In this document: positions 9,801 to 17,771 of the stretch, piece by piece
Numbering within the stretch: the first letter of the stretch is position 1
How the letters are laid out: the number at the start of each line of letters is the position of its first letter
Position numbers and translations under genes: made by a program
Source: Propionibacterium freudenreichii subsp. freudenreichii
GTDB taxonomy: Bacteria > Actinomycetota > Actinomycetes > Propionibacteriales > Propionibacteriaceae
DNA: 32,000 nt
Assembly: GCF_000940845.1 (NCBI RefSeq)
Contig: NZ_CP010341.1
Coordinates: 2,310,001-2,342,000, forward strand
Reading direction: 5' to 3'
The notes under the pieces: model-generated
Seen by the model: the letters and a program-made list of their open reading frames with translations, nothing else
Databases searched by the model: none
What the model was told of the DNA's origin: nothing

Positions 9801-10256
9801 CCACCAACGGACGCCTCGCCACCCAGGGCTTCCGCACCCTGGAGGCGCGCACCGGCACCCAGTTGGCCGACCTGGCCGCCGCCGACGAGGACAAGCGGAT
9901 CAGCTTCGCCGACACCGCCGTGCAGCCGCGCTCGGTGATCACCTCACCGGAATGGTCGGGTTCGGAACATGGCGGACGACGCTATTCGGCATTCGTGCAG
10001 AATGTGGAACGCAACAAGCCGTGGCATACGCTCACCGGGCGTCCGCAATTCTATCTCGACCATGATTGGATGATCGACCTGGGCGAAGCCCTGCCGATAT
10101 TCCGTCCACCGCTGGACATGGCCCATATCTATGGTGGGCAGGCGCTCGGCGAGGCACGTAGCACCGCCACGGGGGAAACCCAGGTGGCCGTGCGATATCT
10201 CACCCCGCACAACAAATGGGCCATCCATTCCCAGTACTACGACAATCCCTATATGC
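6821..10256 (+). pseudogene. narG: narG 5' fragment (nitrate reductase alpha subunit), truncated by an IS insertion
   Basis: GGAGG precedes ATG 6821. Contains the FS0 motif HGVNCTGSCSW and Mo-bisMGD enzyme motifs. After 10256 the frame reads 10 IS-encoded codons to a stop at 10288. Confidence 0.93.
10249..10256. repeat. Target-site duplication, left copy (CTATATGC)
   Basis: Identical 8-mer at 11684-11691, directly abutting the two IS inverted repeats. Confidence 0.9.
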
Positions 10257-11683
10257 GGCTCTTCACGAACGAGGGTGTAGCGGGTTGAGCGTGTCGGTGG
10301 CCGGGTAGGGGTCGAGGTCTCCCTGAGGATGGAAGTTCTCACACTCGCCATCTGCCGGAAGACCTCGACGTGTCACACCCTACTTTCACTACACCTTGCC
10401 TGACCACGTTCTGCGGTCTCGACGAGCTCGGCCTGGAGGCTGTCGGGCAGCGTCTGGACCCGGATCGGGCGGTGATCGAGTGCCGTGTCGTGGAGCCGGA
10501 CCGGTGGTGCCGCGAGTGTGGATGCGAGGGCGCCCCGCGCGACACGGTGATCCGTCGGCTCGCGCATGAGCCATTCGGGCATCGGCCCACGACCCTGCTG
10601 ATCCGGGTCCGGCGCTACAAATGCTGCGGGTGTGGGCGGGTCTGGCGGCAAGACACCACGGCCGCCGCGCCGGTACGGGCGAAGATCTCCCGCGGTGGGT
10701 TGGCGTGGGGGCTGGCGGGCTTGGTCCTCGATCATCTCTCGGTCACGCGTGTCGCGGCAGGGCTGGGGGTGTCCTGGTCCGCCGCGAACGACGCGATCCT
10801 CGCCGAGGGCCGCCGGCGGCTGATCGATGACCCGGCGCGGTTCGAGGGCGTGACCACGATCGGCGTCGACGAGCACGTGTGGCGACACACCCGCCACGGC
10901 GACACGTACGTGACCGTGATCATCGACCTGACCCCGGTGCGCGACAAGACCGGCCCGGCACGGCTGCTGGACATGGTCGCCGGACGCTCGAAAGCCGTGT
11001 TCAAGACCTGGCTCGCCGCCAGACCGAAGCCCTGGCGAGAGGGGATCGAGGTCGTCGCCATGGACGGATTCACCGGGTTCAAGACCGCCGCCGCCGAAGA
11101 ACTGCCCGACGCGGCCCCGGTCATGGATCCGTTCCACGTGATCCGGCTCGCCGGTGACGCGCTGGAGAACTGCCGACGCCGGGTACAGCACGACGTCTTC
11201 GGCCGGCGGGGCATGAAGGGCGATCCGCTCTACCAGGCCAGACGGACCCTGCTCACCGGTGCCGGTCTGCTCACCGACAAGCAGCAGGCGCGGCTAGATG
11301 CCCTGTTCGCCGACGACAGGCACGTCGAGGTCGAAGCGACGTGGGGCATCTACCAAGACATGATCACCGCCTACCGGGACAAGGACCGCGGCCTGGGCAG
11401 ATTCTTCCTCGCGCACACGATCGACAAGATCAGCGCCAGCGTCCCGGAGCAGCTCGTCGAGATCCGCAAACTCGCCCGCACCCTCACACAGCGCGCTTCG
11501 GACGTGCTCGGCTACTTCGACCGCCCCGGCACCAGCAACGGCCCCACCGAAGCGATCAACGGCCGACTCGAACACCTCCGCGGCACGGCCCTCGGCTTCC
11601 GCAACCTCAGCCACTACATCGCTCGGTCGCTGCTCGAAGCCGGCGGATTCAGACCCGCGCTACACCCTCGTTCGTGAAGAGCC
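10257..11683 (+). mobile_element. ISL3-family insertion sequence (1,427 bp) inside narG
   Basis: Perfect 25-bp terminal IRs: GGCTCTTCACGAACGAGGGTGTAGC at 10257-10281 and its exact reverse complement at 11659-11683. It carries a single transposase ORF and an 8-bp TSD, as is typical for ISL3. Confidence 0.92.
10370..11677 (+). CDS. ISL3-family transposase
   Basis: 435 aa. The N-terminal zinc-finger-like region has two Cys pairs (CRECGC and CCGCG). ISL3-type core motifs are present (IGVDEHVW, VAMDGFTGFK, DPFHVI, SNGPTEAINGRLE). The stop codon lies inside IRR. Confidence 0.9.
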   Translation: MSHPTFTTPCLTTFCGLDELGLEAVGQRLDPDRAVIECRVVEPDRWCRECGCEGAPRDTVIRRLAHEPFGHRPTTLLIRVRRYKCCGCGRVWRQDTTAAAPVRAKISRGGLAWGLAGLVLDHLSVTRVAAGLGVSWSAANDAILAEGRRRLIDDPARFEGVTTIGVDEHVWRHTRHGDTYVTVIIDLTPVRDKTGPARLLDMVAGRSKAVFKTWLAARPKPWREGIEVVAMDGFTGFKTAAAEELPDAAPVMDPFHVIRLAGDALENCRRRVQHDVFGRRGMKGDPLYQARRTLLTGAGLLTDKQQARLDALFADDRHVEVEATWGIYQDMITAYRDKDRGLGRFFLAHTIDKISASVPEQLVEIRKLARTLTQRASDVLGYFDRPGTSNGPTEAINGRLEHLRGTALGFRNLSHYIARSLLEAGGFRPALHPRS

Positions 11684-12071
11684 CTATATGCTCACGCTGG
11701 GCCGGGGCGGGCAGACCATCTGGATGAGCCCCGCCGACGCGGAGCGCATCGGCGTGCGCGACAACGAATGGGTCGAGGCGCACAACCGCAACGGGGTGGT
11801 GTCGGCGCGGGCGATCGTCTCGCACCGCATTCCGGCCGGCACGGTGTTCATGCACCACGCCCAGGAACGCACGATGAACACCCCGCTCAACGAGAGCACC
11901 GGAAAGCGCGGCGGAATCCATAATTCGCTGACCCGCATCATGATCAAGCCGACGCATTTGATCGGCGGATATGCCCAGTTGTCATATTCGTTCAATTACT
12001 ACGGCCCCACCGGAAACCAGCGCGACGAGGTCACCCTCATTCGCCGCCGCGGCCAGGAGGTGCAGTTCTGA
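11684..12071 (+). pseudogene. narG: narG 3' fragment (C-terminal domain); the first 8 bp are the right TSD copy
   Basis: Encodes (Y)MLTLGRGGQTIWMSPADAERIGVRDNEWVEAHNRNG..GGIHNSLTRIMIKPTHLIGGYAQLSYSFNYYGPTG, collinear with the conserved NarG C-terminus. Its stop shares one nucleotide with the narH start. Confidence 0.92.
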
Positions 12072-13582
12072 TGAAGGTCATGGCGCAGATCGCAATGATC
12101 ATGAACCTCGACAAGTGCATCGGGTGCCACACCTGCTCGGTCACCTGCAAGCAGGTGTGGACCAACCGCGAGGGCATGGAATACGCCTGGTTCAACAATG
12201 TGGAGACCCGTCCCGGCGTGGGCTATCCGCGCACCTGGGAGGACCAGGACCGCTGGAAGGGCGGGTGGCGTCGCACGAAGTCCGGCGCGCTGGTGCCGCG
12301 TCAGGGCGGCCGGGCCAGGACGCTGGCGAACATCTTCGCCAATCCCACGCTGCCCGACGTCAATGACTACTACGAGCCGTGGACCTACGAATACGACAAG
12401 CTGCTCACCGCCCCGGCCGGGGAGCGCAACATCCCGGTGGCGCGCGCCACGTCGTCCACCGATGGGCGCCATATCGACACCATCGAGTGGGGGCCCAACT
12501 GGGACGACGACCTGGGCGGCTCGATGGAGACCCTCGACTCCGACCCCGTGCTGAAGGCGATGAACCTGCAGGTGGCCAAGACCATCGAGGACTCGTTCAT
12601 GTTCTACCTGCCGCGCATCTGCGAGCACTGCCTCAACCCCACCTGCGTGTCGGCCTGCCCCTCGGGCGCCATGTACAAGCGCGCCGAGGACGGCATCGTG
12701 CTGGTTGACCAGGACCGCTGCCGTGGTTGGCGGATGTGCGTGTCGGGCTGCCCGTACAAGAAGGTCTATTTCAACCACAAGACCGGCAAGGCCGAGAAGT
12801 GCACGCTGTGCTATCCGCGTCTGGAGGCCGGCATGCCCACGGTGTGCTCCGAAACCTGCGTGGGGCGGCTGCGCTACCTCGGCGTGCTGCTCTACGACGC
12901 CGACCGGGTGTCGTGGGCCGCGTCGCAGGCCGACGAACACGACCTCTACCGTGCCCAGCGCGAGATCCTGCTCGACCCCCACGATCCCGAGGTGGTGGCC
13001 CGGGCGCAGGCCGACGGCGTGCCCCACTCGTGGATCGACGCCGCGCAGGCGTCGCCGGTGTGGGACCTCATCTCCACCTATGGCGTGGCGCTGCCCCTGC
13101 ATCCGGAATTCCGCACGATGCCGATGGTCTGGTACGTGCCGCCGCTGAGCCCGGTGGTCGACGCGGTCACCGCCAGTGGCAGCGACGGCGAGGACCACAA
13201 GGTGCTGCTGTCGGCCATCTCGCAGATGCGCATTCCGCTCGACTACCTGGCCGGGCTGTTCACGGCCGGCGATCCCGCCCCCGTGGAGCTGTCGCTGCGC
13301 CGGTTGGCAGCGATGCGCTCCTATATGCGCGATGTGTTCATGGACAACCCGCCCGACGAGTCGATCGCGGCGGCGGTGGGCATGAGCGGCGAGCAGGTGC
13401 AGGCGATGTACCGGCTGCTGTCGATTGCCAAGTACGACGACCGCTTCGTGATTCCCACCACGCATCCCGAGATGCCGCGCGGCATCACCGAGCTCGAGGG
13501 CTGCCCGGTGGGATATGACGCCCGCGCCTTCCCCGGCGGGCACACCCCCGGCGGCCCGACCCTGCCGTTGGAGGTGATCTGA
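12071..13582 (+). CDS. narH: Nitrate reductase beta subunit NarH (4 Fe-S clusters)
   Basis: MKVMAQIAMIMNLDKCIGCHTCSVTCK.. plus further ferredoxin-type Cys clusters (CEHCLNPTCVSACP, CRGWRMCVSGCP, CTLCYPR). Confidence 0.95.
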   Translation: MKVMAQIAMIMNLDKCIGCHTCSVTCKQVWTNREGMEYAWFNNVETRPGVGYPRTWEDQDRWKGGWRRTKSGALVPRQGGRARTLANIFANPTLPDVNDYYEPWTYEYDKLLTAPAGERNIPVARATSSTDGRHIDTIEWGPNWDDDLGGSMETLDSDPVLKAMNLQVAKTIEDSFMFYLPRICEHCLNPTCVSACPSGAMYKRAEDGIVLVDQDRCRGWRMCVSGCPYKKVYFNHKTGKAEKCTLCYPRLEAGMPTVCSETCVGRLRYLGVLLYDADRVSWAASQADEHDLYRAQREILLDPHDPEVVARAQADGVPHSWIDAAQASPVWDLISTYGVALPLHPEFRTMPMVWYVPPLSPVVDAVTASGSDGEDHKVLLSAISQMRIPLDYLAGLFTAGDPAPVELSLRRLAAMRSYMRDVFMDNPPDESIAAAVGMSGEQVQAMYRLLSIAKYDDRFVIPTTHPEMPRGITELEGCPVGYDARAFPGGHTPGGPTLPLEVI

Positions 13583-14406
13583 TGGGCGAGTTCGTGGGCC
13601 TTCCCAGCGTGCCGGTGGCCGACACCGTGACGCTTGACGACGCCCCGCGCCGCATCGCGCGGATGGCCTGTTCGCTGCTGCTCGACTATCCCGACGAGGC
13701 GCTCGCCACCACCCTGGGTGCGGTGCGCGCCGAAGTGGGGGCGCTGCCGGCCCCGGTGCGCGAGGAGATCGACGCCTTCTGCGCGGCCGCCGAGCAGTTG
13801 GGCGTCCGGGCGCTGCAGGAACACTATGTGGAGGTGTTCGACCAGCGGCGACGCTGCGCGCTGTCCCTGACCTATTTCACCCACGGCGACACCCGTGGCC
13901 GCGGGCAGGCGCTGTTGGCGTTCCGTGAGGCGATGCGCCGGGCCGGTTTCAGCCAGGTCCGCGAGGAGCTGCCCGACTACCTGCCGATCGTGCTCGAGCT
14001 GTGCGCGCTGGACGACACCGGCACCGGCGAGGCGCTGTTGGCCGCCAACCGGGAGGGGCTGGAGGTGATCCGCACGGCACTGCGGTCGGCGCACTCGCCC
14101 TATGCCCACCTGCTGGAGGCCATCGTGCGCACCCTGCCCGCCGCCAGCGACGAGACCATGGCCGCCTATCGCCGCCTCATCGCCCAGGGCCCGCCCACCG
14201 AGTTGGTGGGCGTGGGGCGTCCCACCCTGCATGAGCCCCTCGAGCCCAACACCCGAGAGCCCGGGCCCCACGAACACGGCCCCCACGAACCCGGCCCCCA
14301 CGAACCCGGCCCCCACGAGCCCAACACCCACGAACCCGGGCTCCACGCGTCCAATCCGCACGCACCCAACCCGCACGCGCCCAGCCCCCACGGAAGAGGG
14401 AAGTGA
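13582..14406 (+). CDS. narJ: Nitrate reductase assembly chaperone NarJ with a C-terminal His/Pro repeat tail
   Basis: Has a NarJ/TorD-like core (YVEVFD, LPDYLPIVLE) in the position between narH and narI. Its last ~55 aa are pentapeptide repeats. Confidence 0.85.
   Translation: MGEFVGLPSVPVADTVTLDDAPRRIARMACSLLLDYPDEALATTLGAVRAEVGALPAPVREEIDAFCAAAEQLGVRALQEHYVEVFDQRRRCALSLTYFTHGDTRGRGQALLAFREAMRRAGFSQVREELPDYLPIVLELCALDDTGTGEALLAANREGLEVIRTALRSAHSPYAHLLEAIVRTLPAASDETMAAYRRLIAQGPPTELVGVGRPTLHEPLEPNTREPGPHEHGPHEPGPHEPGPHEPNTHEPGLHASNPHAPNPHAPSPHGRGK
14263..14394 (+). repeat. 15-bp tandem repeat x ~8.5 (consensus GGCCCCCACGAACCC), in frame within the narJ 3' end
   Basis: The units start at 14263, 14278, 14293, 14308, 14323, 14338, 14353, 14368 and 14383. 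Together they encode GPHEH GPHEP GPHEP GPHEP NTHEP GLHAS NPHAP NPHAP SPH. Confidence 0.9.
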
Positions 14407-15131
14407 GCACCATGTCACTGGTTGAAATGTTGTTGTGGGTGGCCCTGCCCTATGTGTCGATCGTGCTGCTGGTCACCGGATTGGTGTGGCGCTACCGCAC
14501 CGACCAGTTCGGTTGGACCAGCCGGTCCAGCGAGTGGAATGAGTCGGCGCTGCTGCGGTGGAGTTCGCCGATGTTCCACCTGGGCATCCTGTGCGTGGCC
14601 GCCGGCCATGTGGTGGGGCTGGCGATCCCCGAGTCGTGGACGGGCGCGCTGGGCGTGTCCGAGCAGATGTACCACCTGGGCGCCACCGTGCTCGGGTCCC
14701 TGGCGGCGCTGGCCACCCTGATCGGCCTGGGCGGACTGCTCTACCGGCGCATCGTGGTGAAGTCGGTGCGACTGGCCACCACGCGCATGGACATCGTCAC
14801 CTATGTGCTGATGTGCATTCCGATCATCCTGGGCACGATCGCCACCGTGAGCACGCAGGTGCTGGGCGATCCGGGCTACAACTACCGCGAGACGATCTCG
14901 GTGTGGTTCCGCTCGATCCCCACCTTCAACCCGCAACCCGAGTTGATGGCCACCGTGCCGTTGGCGTTCCAGCTGCACATCGTGGCGGGCATGCTGTTGT
15001 TCTGCGTGTGGCCGTTCACGCGCCTGGTGCACGTGCTGTCAGCACCGATCGGCTATCCGACGCGTCCCTATGTGGTCTACCGCTCCCGCAAGGGCGAGGT
15101 GGCCGCCACCCCGAAGCCGCGCGGCTGGTGA
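14403..15131 (+). CDS. narI: Nitrate reductase gamma subunit NarI (dihaem cytochrome b)
   Basis: 5-TM protein with conserved His residues (SSPMFHLGILCVAAGH, FQLHIVAGML, TRLVH). GTG 14403 overlaps the narJ stop (GTGA); the alternative start is ATG 14412. Confidence 0.9.
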   Translation: MSTMSLVEMLLWVALPYVSIVLLVTGLVWRYRTDQFGWTSRSSEWNESALLRWSSPMFHLGILCVAAGHVVGLAIPESWTGALGVSEQMYHLGATVLGSLAALATLIGLGGLLYRRIVVKSVRLATTRMDIVTYVLMCIPIILGTIATVSTQVLGDPGYNYRETISVWFRSIPTFNPQPELMATVPLAFQLHIVAGMLLFCVWPFTRLVHVLSAPIGYPTRPYVVYRSRKGEVAATPKPRGW

Positions 15132-16375
15132 CCGTGCAGGCGGCCGGCACTGCGTCCACCACGGGCACTGCGGCTCCAATGGGCACTGCGTCCAAAGTCG
15201 GCGCTGCGTCTCCAGTGGGCACGGTGTCCAAAGCCGGCACCGCGTCCAGGACCGGCACTGTGTCCAAGACCGGCGCTGCGTCCACTGACAACGCTGCGTC
15301 CACAGCGCACACCGGCGACATGGCGTCCACCACGCTCCAACTGGACACCATCACGCACCTGACCGGCGCGCAGTACACGCTGCTGGCACGCATCGGCGCG
15401 CATGCCTCGCCGGTCACCGTCACCGAGCTGGCCCACGAGCTGGGCCGCCACGTCAGCTCGGTGCGCGAGACGCTCGACGCGCTGCTGCGGATCGGGCTGG
15501 TCACCTCGCAGCGGCTCCCGGCGTCGGGACGCGGACGCCCGGCCCTGGGCTATTCGGCACACGTGCCCGCCGGGCCCGTGGGTGCACCCCAGCTGTTCGA
15601 CCAGGTCTGCGCAGCCTTCCTCGACTACCTGCGCGCCAACGTCCCCGATCCGCTGCGCGCCGCCCGCCGGGTAGGCTGCGACTGGGGCGGACGTGCCCTG
15701 ACGCTGATGAAGGTGCCCGACCACCACGATTTCTCGCTGCCCGAATCGCAGTTCCCGCTGGCCGACCACCTCGAGAAGATCCGGATGTTCCTCAACATCT
15801 TCGGGTTCGGGGTGCATGTCCACCCGCAGCAGGCGACCACCCTGGTGCTCACCGCCATCCCGTTCGGCCAGCCCGTGGGCCGTCCAGCAGGTGGCGACGG
15901 CGACGAACCCGGCACCCCGGAGCCCGATCCCCTGGCGCTGGAGTTGCGTCGCGGCATGGTCGAGCGTGCACTTGAGCTCACTGCCTGCGACGATGTGGTC
16001 GCACGCTATCTACCCGGACCCGGCATGGAGGCCGAGCTGGTGCTGACACGCACCACCGGGCAGCACGATTCCCAATCCCCCGAACAGAGCGAGAAGCCCA
16101 TGACGCACATCCGCTACTTCGCCGCCGCCGCCGAAGCTGCCGGCACCGATTCCGAGCAGATCGGCCTCGACGAGATCGGCGCGCAGGAGATCAGCGTCGA
16201 CAAGCACCCCACCACGCTGGGCGAGCTCGTCGACCACCTTGCCGGACGCCACGCCGGGCTCGCCAAGGTGCTCCGGGTGTCGAGTTTCCTGGTGAACGAG
16301 CGCCCCGCCGACCGTGATGCGCCGCTGCCCGCGGGTGCGGTGGTCGACGTGCTGCCGCCCTTCGCCGGCGGCTGA
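15128..16375 (+). CDS. Uninterrupted ORF: winged-helix transcriptional regulator (same position as ArnR of the Corynebacterium nar locus) fused in frame to MoaD
   Basis: Start candidates are GTG 15128 (GTGA overlap with the narI stop), GTG 15134 and ATG 15320. The wHTH is VTVTELAHELGRHVSSVRETLDALLRIGLV (~15410-15500). The regulator part has three Cys. I checked codon by codon across 16040-16102 and found no stop before the MoaD module. Track positions 14558-15127 of the same frame are out-of-frame overlap with narI. Confidence 0.55.
   Translation: MTVQAAGTASTTGTAAPMGTASKVGAASPVGTVSKAGTASRTGTVSKTGAASTDNAASTAHTGDMASTTLQLDTITHLTGAQYTLLARIGAHASPVTVTELAHELGRHVSSVRETLDALLRIGLVTSQRLPASGRGRPALGYSAHVPAGPVGAPQLFDQVCAAFLDYLRANVPDPLRAARRVGCDWGGRALTLMKVPDHHDFSLPESQFPLADHLEKIRMFLNIFGFGVHVHPQQATTLVLTAIPFGQPVGRPAGGDGDEPGTPEPDPLALELRRGMVERALELTACDDVVARYLPGPGMEAELVLTRTTGQHDSQSPEQSEKPMTHIRYFAAAAEAAGTDSEQIGLDEIGAQEISVDKHPTTLGELVDHLAGRHAGLAKVLRVSSFLVNERPADRDAPLPAGAVVDVLPPFAGG
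15146..15307 (+). repeat. 18-bp tandem repeat x 9 (consensus GGCACTGCGTCCAnnnnn)
   Basis: Contiguous units start every 18 bp from 15146 to 15290. In the frame of the downstream ORF they encode GTASTT GTAAPM GTASKV GAASPV GTVSKA GTASRT GTVSKT GAASTD NAASTA. Confidence 0.9.
16100..16375 (+). CDS. moaD: Molybdopterin synthase sulfur-carrier subunit MoaD (module, or an independently initiated protein)
   Basis: MTHIRYFAAAAEAAG...VVDVLPPFAGG: 91 aa of ThiS/MoaD beta-grasp type with the obligatory C-terminal GG, directly upstream of moaE. Only a weak RBS (GAGAAG) precedes ATG 16100. Confidence 0.8.
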   Translation: MTHIRYFAAAAEAAGTDSEQIGLDEIGAQEISVDKHPTTLGELVDHLAGRHAGLAKVLRVSSFLVNERPADRDAPLPAGAVVDVLPPFAGG

Positions 16376-16382
16376 TCGGCAC

Positions 16383-16426
16383 GCGCACCGTCCACCCCGC
16401 GCACCATCCACCCCGGGCACCGACGC
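16383..16426. repeat. Intergenic 16-bp tandem repeat x ~2.7 (CGCACCGTCCACCCCG / CGCACCATCCACCCCG / GGCACCGACGCC)
   Basis: Read directly from the sequence between moaD and moaE. Confidence 0.8.
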
Positions 16427-16476
16427 CAACTCCGGGCCTGCCCCGCACGGCCACATCCGCATCCTGGGAGGAATCC

Positions 16477-16896
16477 ATGACTGACATCCGCACCGGCATC
16501 ACCTCCGAACCGCTCGATGCGGCCGCGATCACGCAGGCCGCGGCAGACCCCCGCTGCGGGGCGCTGGTGACCTTCGCGGGGGTGGTGCGCAACCACGACG
16601 CCGGCACGCAGGTGCAGGCCATCGACTACTCGGCGCACCCCAGCGCCGAACGGGTGTTGGCACGCATTGCCGCCGGCATCGGCGAGCGTGACGGACTGGG
16701 CCGCATCGAGGCCTGGCACCGCATCGGACACCTCGAGGTGGGCGATACGGCGATGGTGGTGGTCGTGGCCGCCCCACACCGCGGACCCGCCTTCGCCGCG
16801 GTCACCGACCTGGTCGACCAGGTGAAGGCCGAGCTGCCGGTGTGGAAGAACCAACAGCTTGCCGACGGCACGCACAGCTGGTCGGGAATCGCCTGA
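16477..16896 (+). CDS. moaE: Molybdopterin synthase catalytic subunit MoaE
   Basis: GGGAGGA precedes ATG 16477. MoaE motifs are present (GALVTFAGVVRN, VVVAAPHR, PVWK). Confidence 0.9.
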   Translation: MTDIRTGITSEPLDAAAITQAAADPRCGALVTFAGVVRNHDAGTQVQAIDYSAHPSAERVLARIAAGIGERDGLGRIEAWHRIGHLEVGDTAMVVVVAAPHRGPAFAAVTDLVDQVKAELPVWKNQQLADGTHSWSGIA

Positions 16897-17771
16897 TGGG
16901 CGTGCGAATCCCCTTGTCAACCCCGGTTGAGGATGTGGACGCCGACGATCCGCGCCTGGCCCGGCATCGTCGCAACTGGTTGGTGGCGGGCATCGGACCC
17001 GCCGGCCAGGCCCGCATGCGGGCGGCCCGCGTGCTCGTGGTGGGCGCGGGCGGACTGGGCTCACCGGTGCTGCTGTACCTCGCCGCGGCCGGCGTCGGCA
17101 CGCTGGGTGTGTGCGACTCCGATGTGGTGGAGGTGACCAACCTGGCCCGCCAGCTGCTGCACGGCGAGGCCGATGTGGGCATGGCCAAGCCCGAGTCGGC
17201 GGCGCGACGGCTCGGCGCGCTGGACGCCTCGGTGCGCGTCGAACAATTCGGCAATGTCACCCGCGATTTCCTCGACGCCCATGGCGCCGAGTGGGACCTC
17301 GTGATCGACTGCACCGACAACTTCGCGGCCAAGTACCTGGTGGCCGATTGGTGTGCCGACAGCGGCGTGCCGTTGGTGTGGGGCACCGTGGTGTCGATGG
17401 GCTTCCAGGTGTCGGTGTTCTGGTCGCGGCCGCCGGCGGGGGTGCCGGCCACCACCCTGCGCATGGTCTACCCACACGTGCCGCCGCCGGGCACGACGCC
17501 CGCGAGCCCGCAGGTGGGCGTGCTGGGTTCGGTGGTGGGGCAGGCCGGCACCGCCATGGCCACCGAGGCCACCAAGCTCATCACCGGGGTGGGCGAGCCC
17601 TTGATCGGGCGCGCACTCGTGGCGGACGCGGCGCGCAACCGCTACAGCGTGCTGACCTTCGCCGCCGGCCCCGATGGGTCTGATAGTTCGGCCGACAGAT
17701 CCGGCAGACCCGACAGATTCGACGGGCCCGACAGCTCTGCCCGCCATGATGCGACGGGAGACACACCATGA
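16896..17771 (+). CDS. moeB: MoaD adenylyltransferase MoeB (ThiF/E1-like), no rhodanese domain
   Basis: ATG 16896 shares one nucleotide with the moaE stop (TGATG). Contains the Rossmann motif VLVVGAGGLGSP, RQLLH and DCTDNFAAKYL. The region equivalent to the CxxC/active-site Cys reads TTLRMVYPHVPPPGTTPASPQVGVLG. Confidence 0.85.
   Translation: MGVRIPLSTPVEDVDADDPRLARHRRNWLVAGIGPAGQARMRAARVLVVGAGGLGSPVLLYLAAAGVGTLGVCDSDVVEVTNLARQLLHGEADVGMAKPESAARRLGALDASVRVEQFGNVTRDFLDAHGAEWDLVIDCTDNFAAKYLVADWCADSGVPLVWGTVVSMGFQVSVFWSRPPAGVPATTLRMVYPHVPPPGTTPASPQVGVLGSVVGQAGTAMATEATKLITGVGEPLIGRALVADAARNRYSVLTFAAGPDGSDSSADRSGRPDRFDGPDSSARHDATGDTP

Noticed and set aside
11688-12071. 127-aa ORF as an independent small gene
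   Set aside because: It is the C-terminal domain of NarG, separated from the rest by the ISL3 insertion. Its ATG is the native internal Met codon within the target duplication.
14558-15127. 5' part of the 605-aa track ORF overlapping narI
   Set aside because: It is out of frame with the well-supported narI gene and has no protein-like features. The real gene most plausibly begins at or after 15128.
15146-15307. CRISPR array
   Set aside because: The repeats are contiguous 18-bp units with no unique spacers, and no cas genes are nearby. It is a simple tandem repeat.
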